From contig OZ316893.1 of NCBI GenBank assembly GCA_973895155.1, positions 12,726,359 to 12,790,358 of the forward strand: DNA of 64,000 bases. The letters run 5' to 3'. Source of the stretch: Marsupella aquatica. Lineage: Eukaryota > Plantae > Marchantiophyta. Shown here piece after piece: positions 13,823 through 25,552 of the stretch; position 1 is the first letter of the stretch, and each line of letters opens with the position of its first letter. Position numbers and translations under genes: made by a program. Below the pieces are notes generated by a model. That model was not told the origin of the DNA. It made no database searches and saw only the letters and a program-made list of their open reading frames with translations.

Positions 13823-14771
13823 CTCTTTCGATCAATTGCCTTTTTCGAACAATTGATGTGTGACTTGGTAACATCATCATCAGCAGCACCATGCTCCTTT
13901 CTGTCTCCCATGATAAATATATTGCGCTGAGACGAAGTAGAGCCAAAGCGCATCAGGAAGCGGGAGAATTGACTCCTTCAAATCCGCGCAATCCAAGCTC
14001 CTAGCTAGCTTCCGACCCGATCTTTGGCTGCCAGTATCTGTCGATCCTCGGACCTCCAAAATGAAGTGAATGATCAAGCTCTACAGGCTCTGTCCTCTCT
14101 ACTACTCACGTTATTAGTTGCCTTCATCAATCGAGGCGCAGCCTAGCTCCGGATCCAGCTGTATGTGATAAAGGCACAAACCGCTCCGTTGCATCGCGAA
14201 GAAACACCAAGAAATAGTCTTCGATTGTTGTTGAAAGATCTAAGCATTGCGTAGTTTCACAGACCGACCAAATCACAAGTCCCGACCGTCAAGTTTGTAC
14301 AAGCGGTCCAGAGAATGCAGAACTCGAAAGCAGGCACTGAGAGATCCATACCAACAAGGCACGATTAGAAGCTACCAGGCACCCACAAATCTCCATAGCA
14401 GGTGCTCTCAAAGATATGGCAGGCGCAAGGAGCTAGGAGCATCAACACATCCAAGGTTGAGAATCTACTGCCTCTGCACAGAGGAAATGCAATTCTTCGT
14501 GACCCAACAACAAATGAGGAGAACATACTCAATGTCTCGCAAATGACGAACATCAATGCCAAAACTACAGAAGAGATTCAAACATACAAAGTGTAGTATT
14601 AATTGGATCTAGGGTGGGTTCCACCTACAGTTGAGACGAGTCATTGGTAACGTACTAAGGATATCCTTGATAACTAAATTCAAATGATTTTTGTTAGTAA
14701 ACTCAATCCTTGTGGTTCTAATAACGTATTTTACCTAGTCCAATGCACGTGCTTCTAGTAACATATTTTAC

Positions 14772-15490
14772 CTAGCCCAATGCTTGTGGGTACACAGAAG
14801 ATGTCAAGGTGAGAACAAGATATTGAGGAGAGAAAAACATGTTGGGATGAGAAAAAGATGTCGACCGGGAAAGAAAAAGATATTGATTGTGGCGAGAAAA
14901 AATACGAGTAAAGATGTCAACTAAGGGAGGGCAAAGACTTTGAGACAAAAAACCATAATTATTGAGGCAAGAAAATATGTTGAGGCATAAAAAGATGTTG
15001 AGGGGAGAGGAGATGTCAAGACACAAAAAGATGTCGAGTCAAGCAAAGACGTTGAGGTGAAGCAAGAAAATATAGGCTTTGCAAGGTAGACCGTTAACGC
15101 ATGTAATGTATCACTGCGGCCATATAGTTGTTGCAGCCGTGTCAAGGCAAGGCAAAAATGTTGAGGTGAAGCAAAGATGTTGAGGCAACTTTAGATGTTG
15201 AGGTGAGGCAAAGATATTGAGGTGAGACAAAAATGTTGAGGCTAGACAAAGAAATGCATGTGAGCCAAATAAATGATTGTAGACAATGCAAAAAAATGCA
15301 AACCAGGCAACAAAAGTTTTTATGACATCTCAGATGTTGTTACGACCATGTTGTCATTATGGTGATGCAATCATTCCGGTCATGGGTGTTTCAGCTATCA
15401 ATGCTGTTATTGCGGCCATGTTGTTGCCAAGTTCAATGCGGGGTTCAATGCCATTGAAGCATTGCAAAGAAACATTGAGGTAAGGTAAAG
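14772..15490 (-). mobile_element. Non-autonomous Helitron-like repeat with internal ~20-bp AAGATGTTGAGG array
   Basis: Many AAGATGT(T/C)GAGG units. The minus-strand end ACATCTTCTGTGTACCCACAAGCATTGGGCTAG resembles the 27110 terminus. The 5' boundary is uncertain. Confidence 0.4.
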
Positions 15491-15659
15491 AAGTGTTGAT
15501 TGAAGGTTGGGGTTTGACTGTAGGTGAAACCCAGTTTGACTTTGCCTGTCAAATTGGGGGAATTTTTCCGTGAACCCGGTCGCCCGGTCTCCTGGAGTCG
15601 GGGTTAGTCTGGGTGTGAGGGTCGACCCAGGCTGGCCAAGGCCGGGTTCGGGCCAGGTG

Positions 15660-15850
15660 TTTAGGGGGTTTGGAATGGGTTTGGAGGCAGGGTTTGGGAG
15701 GAGTTTGGGAGGCTGGGGAGGAGTTTGGTAGGGGTTTGGGAGGAATTTGGGAGGCCAGGGAGGAGTTTGGGAGGGATTCGGGAGGCCAGGGAGGGGTTCG
15801 GGAGAAGTTCGGGAGGCCGGGAAGGGGTTGGGAGGCCGGGTTTGGGTGGG
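15660..15850. repeat. G-rich ~20-bp minisatellite (GGGAGGAGTTTGGGAGGCC-like)
   Basis: Degenerate tandem units are visible directly. Confidence 0.7.
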
Positions 15851-17520
15851 CTCGGGCGGGATCCCGGGTCAGGTCGGGAGTCTGGGGAATGGGGGCGTCC
15901 GGGGGAATATTGGGGAATATACATCAAACTGGCCATTTTGGGACCATCATTTGACGGTTTTACATGCCTGGCAAGCCATAAACGTGTCCATCAGGTTAAA
16001 CCTGGAGGTGAAACAAACTGAAAATATAATTGATGATCTGTCATAATTCTTTCTTACTCATTGCATGTGAAAAGTTTTGTCAATGTGCAGATGTTGTTCA
16101 AGATAGCACCTGAAATTATGTGATCAATAATTCAAGTCAACACAAAAATATGGAAAAATACTTAAATGGGTAGTGAGAATACATGGATGAGAGTCGGGCA
16201 ATAAATCTTTACTATTGATGATACCAAAGATGGAACAAAACTGGAGACCAACAGATGCAAATGGGGGACAAATTGAGCTAGACTCCCGTCTGGGAAAAGA
16301 ATTAGACCACAAGCAAGACGATAGAGATGACAAGGCATATCATGCAAGGCAGGTCTTGCAGAGAAATGTTTTGGGGAGCTTGATGTTACTGGCCTTCATT
16401 CAACAAGCATTCTTTGAAGTTTTTTTAAAAGAATGTTGGAGTTTTTTAGATGGAATCACAAAATTTGGGATCATTTTTCTACAGAAGCTGAAACAAATCA
16501 AATGAATCAAATGAAAATGTAAACACAATCGCCTTCACTTTTGCATTTTTAATTTTATTTTGGAAAGGATGTTTTTATTGTTGTGAAAGCTATGTTGTTG
16601 GGGAGAGCAAGGTTGTGGGAGGGTGAGAGGGAGTGCAAGAGGGATTAAATAAACAGAAAAAATGCATAAATTTTAAATAAAGAGAAGACAAGAAGTGGTG
16701 GACCTCGCCACCCAGCGCCCTCACCAATCCCAGCACTTGTGCCTAAGTGCCCTTGGTGCCCGAACGCCTCCACGGAATACCTCGACCAAGCACCCAAGTG
16801 CCTCTTGCACCACCAGCGGCCCCTCCCATACGAAGCCGCACTTGCTCACCTACACGACCGCTACTCAACGATCCTCACTTTCTGCACAAGCAACCAAGCA
16901 CCTCGGTAAGTCACCCCTCAGGATCCAGAACTCCCCCAAGTCTAGCCTCCTAACTCAAGCTCAACAGACGTTGGTAAATAGGTCAACGATAGGTCCTCCC
17001 GATGCCATAAGCCGGAACCAGAACCCACGCCCACTGTCCGTCCAGGACAGCTCCTTCCTTGGGCGCGGCCCGGGTTCCCCCTCGTACCTATCCATCACCA
17101 ATTGACTGCCCTGACCTCAGGACATGCTCATGGCCCAAATAGCGTAGCTTGTCCTAAAGCTTGTCCCAAGCTTGTCTCAACACGCCAGGACCAGAACGGC
17201 CCCGACTCTAACAACCGCTCCCGATTCGCCCCACTGATGGTCTAGGGACCGAGCGCCCTTGGGACTCAGCCTCCATACCTACTTGGCCTTGCCTCCCCAA
17301 CGCAAGCTCCCTTGGGAGGCTGAACGCGGTTTGGCTATTGTTTGGCAGGATTTGGCAAGCGGGCGAGCTAACACCCGCAAACCACGAGAACCCCTGGCGC
17401 CCCCGGACCCATCTGAGCTCAGGAGGGCATAGCCCTCCTCAAGAGCTTTCCAACGCACCCAAGAAGTCTCCATCGGACTTCCCGTTGGGAAGATATCGTC
17501 ATTCTGTTTGGCGGTTTCCC

Positions 17521-17793
17521 CTCGGGGGGTTCACCTTATGAAATTGTTGTATACCATGTGCGAACGCCCCTATTTAATCACTCTCTCAAAAAGGAATAGG
17601 AAGCTCAAAAAACCCATCAATCATTTATTGACACGTGGCAAGCAATGAATCATGTGATGACAAGTGGCACTTTTTGAATTGTTACCCCCTTACTTACTTC
17701 CTCGCTACTTCTAAGTACTTCCCTAAAATAAATAAAACGCCCCTTACTTCGTTCGCACATGATGTCAACATTTGTGGAAGTGACCCCCCCAAG
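17521..17793. mobile_element. MITE, CTCGGGGG-TIR family, 8-bp TSD
   Basis: Left end CTCGGGGGGTTCAC, right end GTGACCCCCCCAAG. Perfect TSD GGTTTCCC at 17513-17520 and 17794-17801. Confidence 0.8.
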
Positions 17794-18554
17794 GGTTTCC
17801 CTTAGTGTCGCGACCGCAGCGGCTCACGACTTCGGCTCGGCCTTAGCCCCCAGGGAGACACCACTCCCCTCACATATGCTTCTAGAGACCTGCCACCCCC
17901 GGACCAGCTTTGGTCCCTAAACACTTGGCCCCCAACCCGGATCCTATCGTGCATAATGGGCGCGCCACCAACTGGCAACGCCCATAACTTTCTTGATAGG
18001 CATCCGCAAGCGGAGTGCCTTAGCCCGTTGTGACCGGGACGACCCAATGCTCATGCCTAGGCCCTCAGGTCTGATCGCCGCTCGGGGCCCCCGACCGGCC
18101 CAACCCGGATCGGGCCACAACTTGCGCCCCAAGCGTCCGTTGCCAATGGGGTCAACTCCATTGGCCTTGGGCCCAAGAGGAGCTCACTCGCAAGCCCTCA
18201 GAACTCAAAGTCCATCCGACGGTCCGGATGGCCATCCTTGAGCCTGGCCCATTTCCCCTTGACCCGACCAGCCATAGGCTAGTCCAAGTCCTTAGTTAGT
18301 GTCCCCAGCTTGGCCCCTTGCCTCGCCAGTGCCACGTCTCATTACCCACAAGTCTCCCCATGCTAAGTCCTCCCCGGATGGCCTATCCGGGCCTGGACCA
18401 TGAGGGAGCTCGGCGTCGGAGTCAGCGATGCAGGAGCTAATTGTTAAGGTAGTCGAGTTCCGCGACTCAAGAAGAGGGAGTTAAAAGCAAAATGTACCCA
18501 TGATTTGCTTGTGTCTACAATCTCATAATCATACTCTATGCAAAAATCCAAGAA

Positions 18555-18985
18555 GTTTGTCATGCCCCAAATGATTCTCCAAATCTTCTACTTTCATAGA
18601 AGACAAAGACACCTTTTAGGTTATCAAGAACTAAAATAAGAGGTTGCGCTAAAAAATGGCCTGGTGGTCATTCAAATTTGCAGGGCACAAAAATTGAAAA
18701 ATCTGGTCAAAGATAAGGACTAAAGCCAAAGAGTGAATTTAGTTTAGTGTGACTCAAAAAGTGTTGCACAACTGTAAATCAAGAAAAAATTGGTCAAAGA
18801 TAAGGAATAAAGCCAAAGTGTGAATTTACTTTACTTACTTAGTATAACTCAAAAAAAGGTTGCACAATTGTCCAAGCAATCAAGAATCAAATGAGACAAC
18901 AACAAAAAAGTCAAAAACTTTAACACAAATGATGCACTAGAGAGTATCAAAGGAGGATCTTCCTCCATGATCCATGCAAGGAAGT
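18555..18985 (+). repeat. Dispersed AT-rich repeat, diverged copy of ~27220-27880
   Basis: Blocks TTGTCATGCCC, AGGTTGCGC, GTCATTCAAATTT, GTCAAAGAxAAGGAATAAAG, GAATCAAATG and AGAGTATCAA occur in the same order in both copies. Confidence 0.55.
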
Positions 18986-19423
18986 GCTCTAAATATTCAA
19001 TCTTGTGATGGAGCATAGTTTTGTGTAATACAGGTAGGAGGAGTTTAATTGCAGATAGTATTTTAGTCAATAGAGTATTGCATAACTAATCAATCAAAAA
19101 CTATTCTCCCAATATTTGTGGTGATTTTTTACAGTCATTTCCACTGTCATTTTCAGTGCCAAATACAAAAGCAATAACTGAGGCCAAAAGGCATAGTAAA
19201 CAGCACGGCACGAGCATTGATGGCTAGGTGTCGTGCTAGAGACATACAGTTAGTCAAATCGCAATGTAAGGCAGCCCCTCAAGGGCTCCAGCCTCACATG
19301 AGTGGGGTGGGGGTGGGGGGGGGAGAAGCAAGTAGAGTGATGGTGAATGAGGAAAAGACTGAGCAGACCAAAATTAGTTAAAACAAGGGAAAAGGAGGGG
19401 TTAAAGGTTTAAATCGAACAGAA

Positions 19424-19898
19424 TGTTGGGTATTTACTCTTACGTCTAGGTTAGGTATGACGTGGTTGGTACAACAACGTGGGTTGGTACAACTACGTGG
19501 TTAGGTACAACTATGTGATTAGGTACAACTATGTGGTTAGGTACAACTACGTGATTAGGTACAACTATGTGGTTAGGTACAACTACGTGATTAGGTACAA
19601 CTATGTGGTTAGGTACAACTATGTGGTTAGGTACAACTAAGTTGCACACTATATCATAAGAGGCATGTGTGCTTGGAGAGGTAGAACCAAGGCTCATTGT
19701 TATGGAGCCACTTGAGAGATAGGGAGAGCTTACACTGTGGAGACTCGGTATAGCCGACGGGCTTAGAGTTCAGTAAAGCTCTCTTGTGTGTTCCCGTGGA
19801 CGTAGCCTCAAGGAGGTGAACCACGTATCTCTTGTGTCGACTATTGTGCGTTGGATGGTTCATGGGCTTGCCGTTGCGATCGTCGTCTCTGCTCAACA
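19424..19898 (+). repeat. copia 5' LTR (contains ~10 x 18-bp GGTTAGGTACAACTATGT array)
   Basis: TGTTGGG...CTCAACA; direct repeat of 25553-26027. Confidence 0.96.
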
Positions 19899-19900
19899 AT

Positions 19901-19912
19901 TGGTATCAGAGC
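19901..19912 (+). promoter_or_regulatory. Primer-binding site (tRNA-iMet)
   Basis: TGGTATCAGAGC, 2 nt after the 5' LTR. Confidence 0.93.
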
Positions 19913-21056
19913 ATGCTTGGGAGGTGACGTGTGTTCGTGACGGGATTTCATGACGGTTTTTCCAGCGTTGAGTGTTGGTGGATTTTCCAGAGTTCCATCG
20001 CATGGAACTTGGAGTTTATGGGCTCAACGGATAGATCAGGGCAAGAGCTTTCTAACGGTGTGAAGAAATCGTTGAACGGAGCTCGTGGTGCAGAGAGATC
20101 TAAGTTTTCGTCGTTCTGGATTTTGTGAAGAAAGTTGGCAATCGACTCGGAGGGAGAAGCGTCAAGTGTTTTGACTCAACGGAGAGATTGAGGCAAGACG
20201 ATTGTTTTTGAGTCCGGGATTGGCTCTTTGATGCAAAGAGGAAGGCTAAGCAAAATCAATTACCTTGTTGGACTTGGTGAAGGCACCAAGTGCAATTGAT
20301 CAACATTCGTTGTTGACAAGGTACCATTTTTTTCTCTTTGAAAAACTGATTCGAAATTGGCTATGGCAATTTAGAGAAATTTGTCATCTTTACCAATTTT
20401 TTTCTCCCTCGTTCTTTCCTCGTTTTGGGTGCTTCTTATATCGATCTTCATCGCCTCGGAGTCTAGTTTCCAAATCTGAAATCGGATCTTGATTTTGTCA
20501 AAACCCGAGTGAGATATCTTGCGTTTGGTGTCGAGGGGTACATTCTGCCGTGTGTATTTTCTGCGCGCGCGACCAGATTTCGACGACGAAGGGTGGTAGG
20601 GGGTTTTGGGGGTTCGAGGACACATGTCAGCCCCTCGATTGTTCTTCCAAAATTCCCACAGGGCCTGTACAAGGGTCATAGAATATTCCAAAAAACCAGA
20701 GAGCTATTTTTTGACCGTCCGACAAAGATTTCATCCGCCGAACGGTAACTTTTTTGGTTATTTTTCGGCGAGGTCGTAGCCATTGAAGTTGGCAATGCAG
20801 CGCACCAATCACATCGCAATTCCGACAACGGGTTGTACTTGGTATTTCGGTTATTCCCTGAGGTGGTCAAAACGAGGGAGTTTCCCAAGGTTTTACCCAC
20901 CTCGACCGAAATTTGAATAACTTTTCTGTCAAATTTCGATTTTGATTTCGGTTTTCAGTATTGGACTCCTAGCTTTGTGGGCTATGCGGCGGTGTTGAGT
21001 TTTGAGTTTTTTGAGAAGTTGTGAAAAACAACATTTTTTGTGACTTTCTCATATGA

Positions 21057-22088
21057 GTGATTCGGAGGAGTTTTTTCGAAGACGTGGAACTTGAAGCACG
21101 AGGATCACCGCGGAGGTTTCAGGGGCAGAGAGAGGAGCAGGAGGAAGAGCACGTGACACCGATACCATCACCGGTGCGGCGTGTGGTGGAGGAAGCAGTA
21201 CTACTACCGGAGCTCACGGTAAAGAAGAAGATGGGGACTTTCAAGCTTGGGGGACCCAAGTATGAAGTGACAAAGTATGATGGGCGCTCTGACTACTTGC
21301 TATGGGAGAAGCAAGTGAAGGGAGTACTTTATGCGTCAGGGATGGGCCAACTGCTGAGCCCTCGTGAAGACGATGTTGATGAGAAACAATGGGACCGCAT
21401 GCAGGAGCAGGGAGTGTGGTGTGTTACACTCTATCTCATGCCTCCCATCATCAAGCAGTTGGGTGCACATAAGGATTGCATGTCCTTGTTTGCGGAATTG
21501 CAGAGCAAGTATCACCGCAAGGAGTTGTCGAACCGGCTCTACACTTCTTACAAACTGATGAGTTTCAGGATGAAGGAATCTGGTACGAAGTTGCAAGACC
21601 ATGTGGATGCTTTCAACGACATGGTCGTTGACTTGGAAAACCTTGGGGAGACTTTGAATGATGAGACGAAGGCTCTGCAGCTTCTTAGTTCATTGCCTCC
21701 ATCTTACCAGTCCCTATCACGAGTGTTGTTGCATCGTGATAGGGATACCATTTCATACAATGACGTGGTAAGTTCTCTGCTTAGTGATGATCTTCAGCAG
21801 AAGATGCACATCACGTCACAGCCTTCATCATCTGGTGCTGCCCTCAATGTTAACCGTGGGAGGAGTATGCAGCGACCAACTAGGGACCGTAGAACCCAGT
21901 TTAGATCTAAATCCAGATCTAAGTCCAAGGGTAAATCCCCTCAGAGGAGGCAGGTGACATGTTGGAAGTGCAACCAAGTTGGACACTTCAAGCGAGACTG
22001 TAAGGGAAAGGCAGCGGAAACTTCATCGGCAAATGTGGCTAGGGCTGATGGAGAAGCTGATTTACTCAATGATGAGTATGTTTTATGA
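21057..22088 (+). CDS. gag: copia Gag (first ATG at 21231)
   Basis: KYDGRSDYLLWEKQ, LLSSLPPSY and a CCHC knuckle CWKCNQVGHFKRDC. Ends in TGA, in frame with pol. Confidence 0.9.
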   Translation: MIRRSFFEDVELEARGSPRRFQGQREEQEEEHVTPIPSPVRRVVEEAVLLPELTVKKKMGTFKLGGPKYEVTKYDGRSDYLLWEKQVKGVLYASGMGQLLSPREDDVDEKQWDRMQEQGVWCVTLYLMPPIIKQLGAHKDCMSLFAELQSKYHRKELSNRLYTSYKLMSFRMKESGTKLQDHVDAFNDMVVDLENLGETLNDETKALQLLSSLPPSYQSLSRVLLHRDRDTISYNDVVSSLLSDDLQQKMHITSQPSSSGAALNVNRGRSMQRPTRDRRTQFRSKSRSKSKGKSPQRRQVTCWKCNQVGHFKRDCKGKAAETSSANVARADGEADLLNDEYVL

Positions 22089-25000
22089 AGTCGGGGGTAT
22101 GCCCTGTGCACGTCATCTAGGAGAGCAGATGATGTGTGGATTCTTGATTGTGCTTGCTCTTTTCATCTTTGTTACATTCGTGAGTTTTTCAGTTCTTACT
22201 CTGTTTCAAACGGTTCAGTTCTGATGGGAAATGATCACTCCTGTCAAATTGAGGGAATTGGGTCTGTGAAGATTCAAATGTTTGATGGCGCTGTGCGCAC
22301 AGTGTCCGGAGTCAGGTATGTACCTGGCATGCGTAAGAATCTGATTTCACTCGGTGTGTTGGATTCAAATGGTCATCAATGGAGCGTTATTGATGGTGAA
22401 CTTCAAGTCAGGTCGGGAGAGACAGTGATTTTGAAGGGGAGTAGACAAAAGAATTTGTATGTGTTACAGGGCAATACTGTATGTGGAGAGGCCAATGTAA
22501 CCAAGTCTCACGAGGAGATGACTCAACTGTGGCATTCACGGCTAGGCCACATAAGTGAGAAGGGTTTGGCTATCTTACGGAAGAATGGACTCATTTCTGA
22601 TTTGCAATCTTGTAAATTAGAGTTTTGTGAGCATTGCATTCTTGGAAAGCAGCATCGTCGTGCTTTTGGTGTTGGAACTCATCGTTCCAAAGCGGTTCTT
22701 GAGTACATACATAGTGACGTGTGGGGTCCATCCCCGACTCCCTCACACTCTGGAAAGTTGTACTATGTATCATTTATTGATGATTACTCAAGATTTGTGT
22801 GGATTTATTTCATGACGCATAAGTCTGATGTCTTGTCCATTTTTAAGAAGTGGAAGGCCCAGGTGGAGAATCAGACTGGAAACACGATCAAGTGTTTGGA
22901 TACAAGGGTGAAGAGTCTGAGGTCAGACAACGGCGGGGAGTACACTTCAATGGAATTTGAAGAGTACTGTTCAGAACAGGGGATAACTCGCCATCTCACC
23001 ACAGTTTATACTCCGCAGCAAAATGGTGTCGCTGAGAGGCTCAATCGGACACTGTTGGAGCGGTCACGGAGTATGTTGAGCCAATCAGGTTTACCACAAG
23101 AATTTTGGGCAGAAGCTGTCAATACCGCAGCTTATTTGGTAAATCTTTCTCCTTCTAGTGCTATCAATTTCAAAACGCCGTTTGAGATGCGCTATAAGCG
23201 GCAAGCAGACTATCATGGCTTGGTAATTTTTGGAAGTGATGCATATGCTCTCACACCAAAGCAGAATAGGACCAAGTTGGATCCTACCTCCAGGAAATGT
23301 GTTTTTCTTGGGTACCAGAGTGGTGTGAAAGCCTATAGGCTATGGGATCCTATTGCCTGTAAGCTCGTTGTCAGTAGGGATGTTTCCTTCAATGAATCCA
23401 GATTATTGAAGGAGGGGGAGAATACTCAGGTCTCCCGTACTGACAAAGGAAAATCTCCTATCCCGGATCTCGTTGAGGGGGAGATTGGTTATGAGGTGCA
23501 TGACCGGAGAGAAGGAGTTGCTCCAATTATGGAGCTGGTTCCTGTGCCAGAGGAACCAGAGGAGTTTGTTGATGCTGGTGAGCAGCAAGTAGATGCTGTT
23601 GAGCTTCAAATTGTACCAGCACACGCAGATCAACCGGAGTCATCGGCTAGAAGAACATCTGGTCGCACTGTACGCGCTCCATCAAGGTATGGACAGTGGG
23701 TTGATTCATCTCAACTGCAAGAGGATGATTTTACAGCTGATGATGAGGGTGATGCGTTAATTTTGGAAGAAGGAGAACCTTCTTCATTTCATGAGGCAAG
23801 TGCTTCAAAGGAGAAGCAGAAGTGGACTGCAGCAATGCAAACGGAGATGCAGTCACTAAAGGACAACAAAACTTGGGAGCTTGTTAAGCTGCCTAAGGGT
23901 CAGCAAGTGGTGGACAGCAAGTGGATTTACAAGCTGAAGGATAATTCCATAGGAGGTGGATCGAAGGTCTACAAGGCTAGATTGGTAGCAAAGGGATTCA
24001 CACAAGAGAAAGGTGTGGATTACAATGAGGTCTTCTCACCAGTTGCTAAGTACTCTACAATACGACTATTGTGTGTACTTGTTGTAATGTTTGGTCTGCT
24101 CCTAGATCAGATGGATGTTGTCACAGCTTTCCTCTATGGCACATTGGAAGAGGTGATCTTCATGAGACAACCGCTAGGTTTTGTGAAGAGAGGACAGGAG
24201 GAATTGGTTTGCAGATTGCTGAAATCCTTGTATGGGTTGAAGCAGTCACCAAGACAGTGGAACAAGCGGTTTGACGATTGGATTCGGTCACAAGGTTTTC
24301 ACAGAAGTGTATTTGACCCTTGTGTGTATTTGAAACCGGTGAAGAATGTTGTCTTTGGGTTCATTGTTTTAGTACTTTATGTGGATGACATGTTAATTGC
24401 AGCCAAGGATAGGTCTGAGATTGTTAAGCTCAAGGCACTGCTTAGTGCAGAGTTTAAGATGAAGGACTTAGGGCCAGCTAAGAGGATTTTGGGTATGGAG
24501 ATCACTAGGGACTTGGAGGCTGGCAAGCTATGGTTGACGCAGAGCAGTTATGCGAGGAAGGTAATTGCAAGGTTCAACATGGAGAATAGCAAGCCAGTAA
24601 GTACCCCGTTGGCTCCACACTTCAAGTTATCATCAGCGTTCTGTCCTACGGATGACACAGAGAAGGGGTTGATGTCAAAGGTTCCATATGACAAGGCAGT
24701 GGGGAGTCTCATGTATTTGATGACTTGCACTAGACCTGATCTTGCCATGGCTATGGGCAAGGTGAGCAGATACATGTCGAATCCAGGGAAGGTACACTGG
24801 GAAGCAGTGAAGTGGATTCTCAAGTACTTGAAGGGTACCGTGGATCATGGTCTTTTATTTGATGCGAATGCAAAGAATGCTAGATCATTGATTGGCTATG
24901 TAGATTCTAACTATGGACAAGATTTGGACCGAAGGAGATCAACAACAGGATACGTGTTCACACTTGGCGGTGGATGCATAAGTTGGAGGTCTACTTTGCA

Positions 25001-25361
25001 GAAGTGTATTGCTCAGTCTACTACAGAAGCGGAGTATGTTGCAGCTGCGGAAGCAGCAAAGGAAGCGATTTGGTTGGATAGACTTATCACTGAAATGGGA
25101 TTGCCACAGGGGAATGTGAAGCTCCATTATGATAGTCAAAGTGCGCTCCACCTTGCTGTGAACCAGGTGATGGACAGCAGAGTGAAGCACATTGACGTCA
25201 GGTACCATTTTATCAGGCAGGCTGTGTCTGATAATTTGTTTGAGCTAGTCAAGATTGATGGTAAACTCAACCCGGCTGACGCATTTACCAAAGTGATTCC
25301 TTTGGAGAGTTTCTCTAGACACCGTGACGTATTGCAGGTTTTGCAATTGCATCACAAGTAG
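22089..25361 (+). CDS. pol: copia Pol (protease, integrase, RT, RNase H)
   Basis: PR-like WILDCACSFH; integrase WHSRLGH..CEHC, HSDVWGP, RSDNGGEY, QQNGVAER; RT YKARLVAKG, LYGLKQSPRQW, LYVDDML; RNase H EAEY and KHIDVRYHF. Confidence 0.95.
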   Translation, partial: SRGYALCTSSRRADDVWILDCACSFHLCYIREFFSSYSVSNGSVLMGNDHSCQIEGIGSVKIQMFDGAVRTVSGVRYVPGMRKNLISLGVLDSNGHQWSVIDGELQVRSGETVILKGSRQKNLYVLQGNTVCGEANVTKSHEEMTQLWHSRLGHISEKGLAILRKNGLISDLQSCKLEFCEHCILGKQHRRAFGVGTHRSKAVLEYIHSDVWGPSPTPSHSGKLYYVSFIDDYSRFVWIYFMTHKSDVLSIFKKWKAQVENQTGNTIKCLDTRVKSLRSDNGGEYTSMEFEEYCSEQGITRHLTTVYTPQQNGVAERLNRTLLERSRSMLSQSGLPQEFWAEAVNTAAYLVNLSPSSAINFKTPFEMRYKRQADYHGLVIFGSDAYALTPKQNRTKLDPTSRKCVFLGYQSGVKAYRLWDPIACKLVVSRDVSFNESRLLKEGENTQVSRTDKGKSPIPDLVEGEIGYEVHDRREGVAPIMELVPVPEEPEEFVDAGEQQVDAVELQIVPAHADQPESSARRTSGRTVRAPSRYGQWVDSSQLQEDDFTADDEGDALILEEGEPSSFHEASASKEKQKWTAAMQTEMQSLKDNKTWELVKLPKGQQVVDSKWIYKLKDNSIGGGSKVYKARLVAKGFTQEKGVDYNEVFSPVAKYSTIRLLCVLVVMFGLLLDQMDVVTAFLYGTLEEVIFMRQPLGFVKRGQEELVCRLLKSLYGLKQSPRQWNKRFDDWIRSQGFHRSVFDPCVYLKPVKNVVFGFIVLVLYVDDMLIAAKDRSEIVKLKALLSAEFKMKDLGPAKRILGMEITRDLEAGKLWLTQSSYARKVIARFNMENSKPVSTPLAPHFKLSSAFCPTDDTEKGLMSKVPYDKAVGSLMYLMTCTRPDLAMAMGKVSRYMSNPGKVHWEAVKWILKYLKGTVDHGLLFDANAKNARSLIGYVDSNYGQDLDRRRSTTGYVFTLGGGCISWRSTLQKCIAQSTTEAEYVAAAEAAKEAIWLDRLITEMGLPQGNVKLHYDSQSALHLAVNQVMDSRVKHIDVRYHFIRQAVSDNLFELVKIDGKLNPADAFTKVIPLESFSRHRDVLQVLQLHHK

Positions 25362-25540
25362 AGTTTTCTTAAACATTCATTGTAATTACTGATATATGCT
25401 CTTCCTCATTCCTATGTATTAGGCTACGGCTTAGTTCTGGTTTGCTCTAGTTAGAGAGGGAAACCGGTTTGGTTTCTGTCCAGAACTTCCCGCTGAGGGA
25501 TCATATACATTGGCAGTATTACTCTCCCCTAGACCAGAGT

Positions 25541-25551
25541 CAAGGGGAAGA
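25541..25551 (+). promoter_or_regulatory. Polypurine tract of copia element
   Basis: CAAGGGGAAGA just before the 3' LTR. Confidence 0.8.
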
Positions 25552-25552
25552 T

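Noticed and set aside
13753-13953. Upstream ORF (MGDRKEHG...) as ABCB N-terminus
   Set aside because: Out of frame with the exon starting at 13822. It could reflect another frameshift or a uORF, but this cannot be supported.
15661-16046. Pro- or Gly-rich ORFs in several frames
   Set aside because: Artefacts of the G-rich minisatellite.
19446-19697. VVPNHI-repeat ORF (also 25575-25826); array superficially CRISPR-like
   Set aside because: It is the antisense translation of the 18-bp LTR tandem array. There are no unique spacers or cas genes, and the context is eukaryotic.
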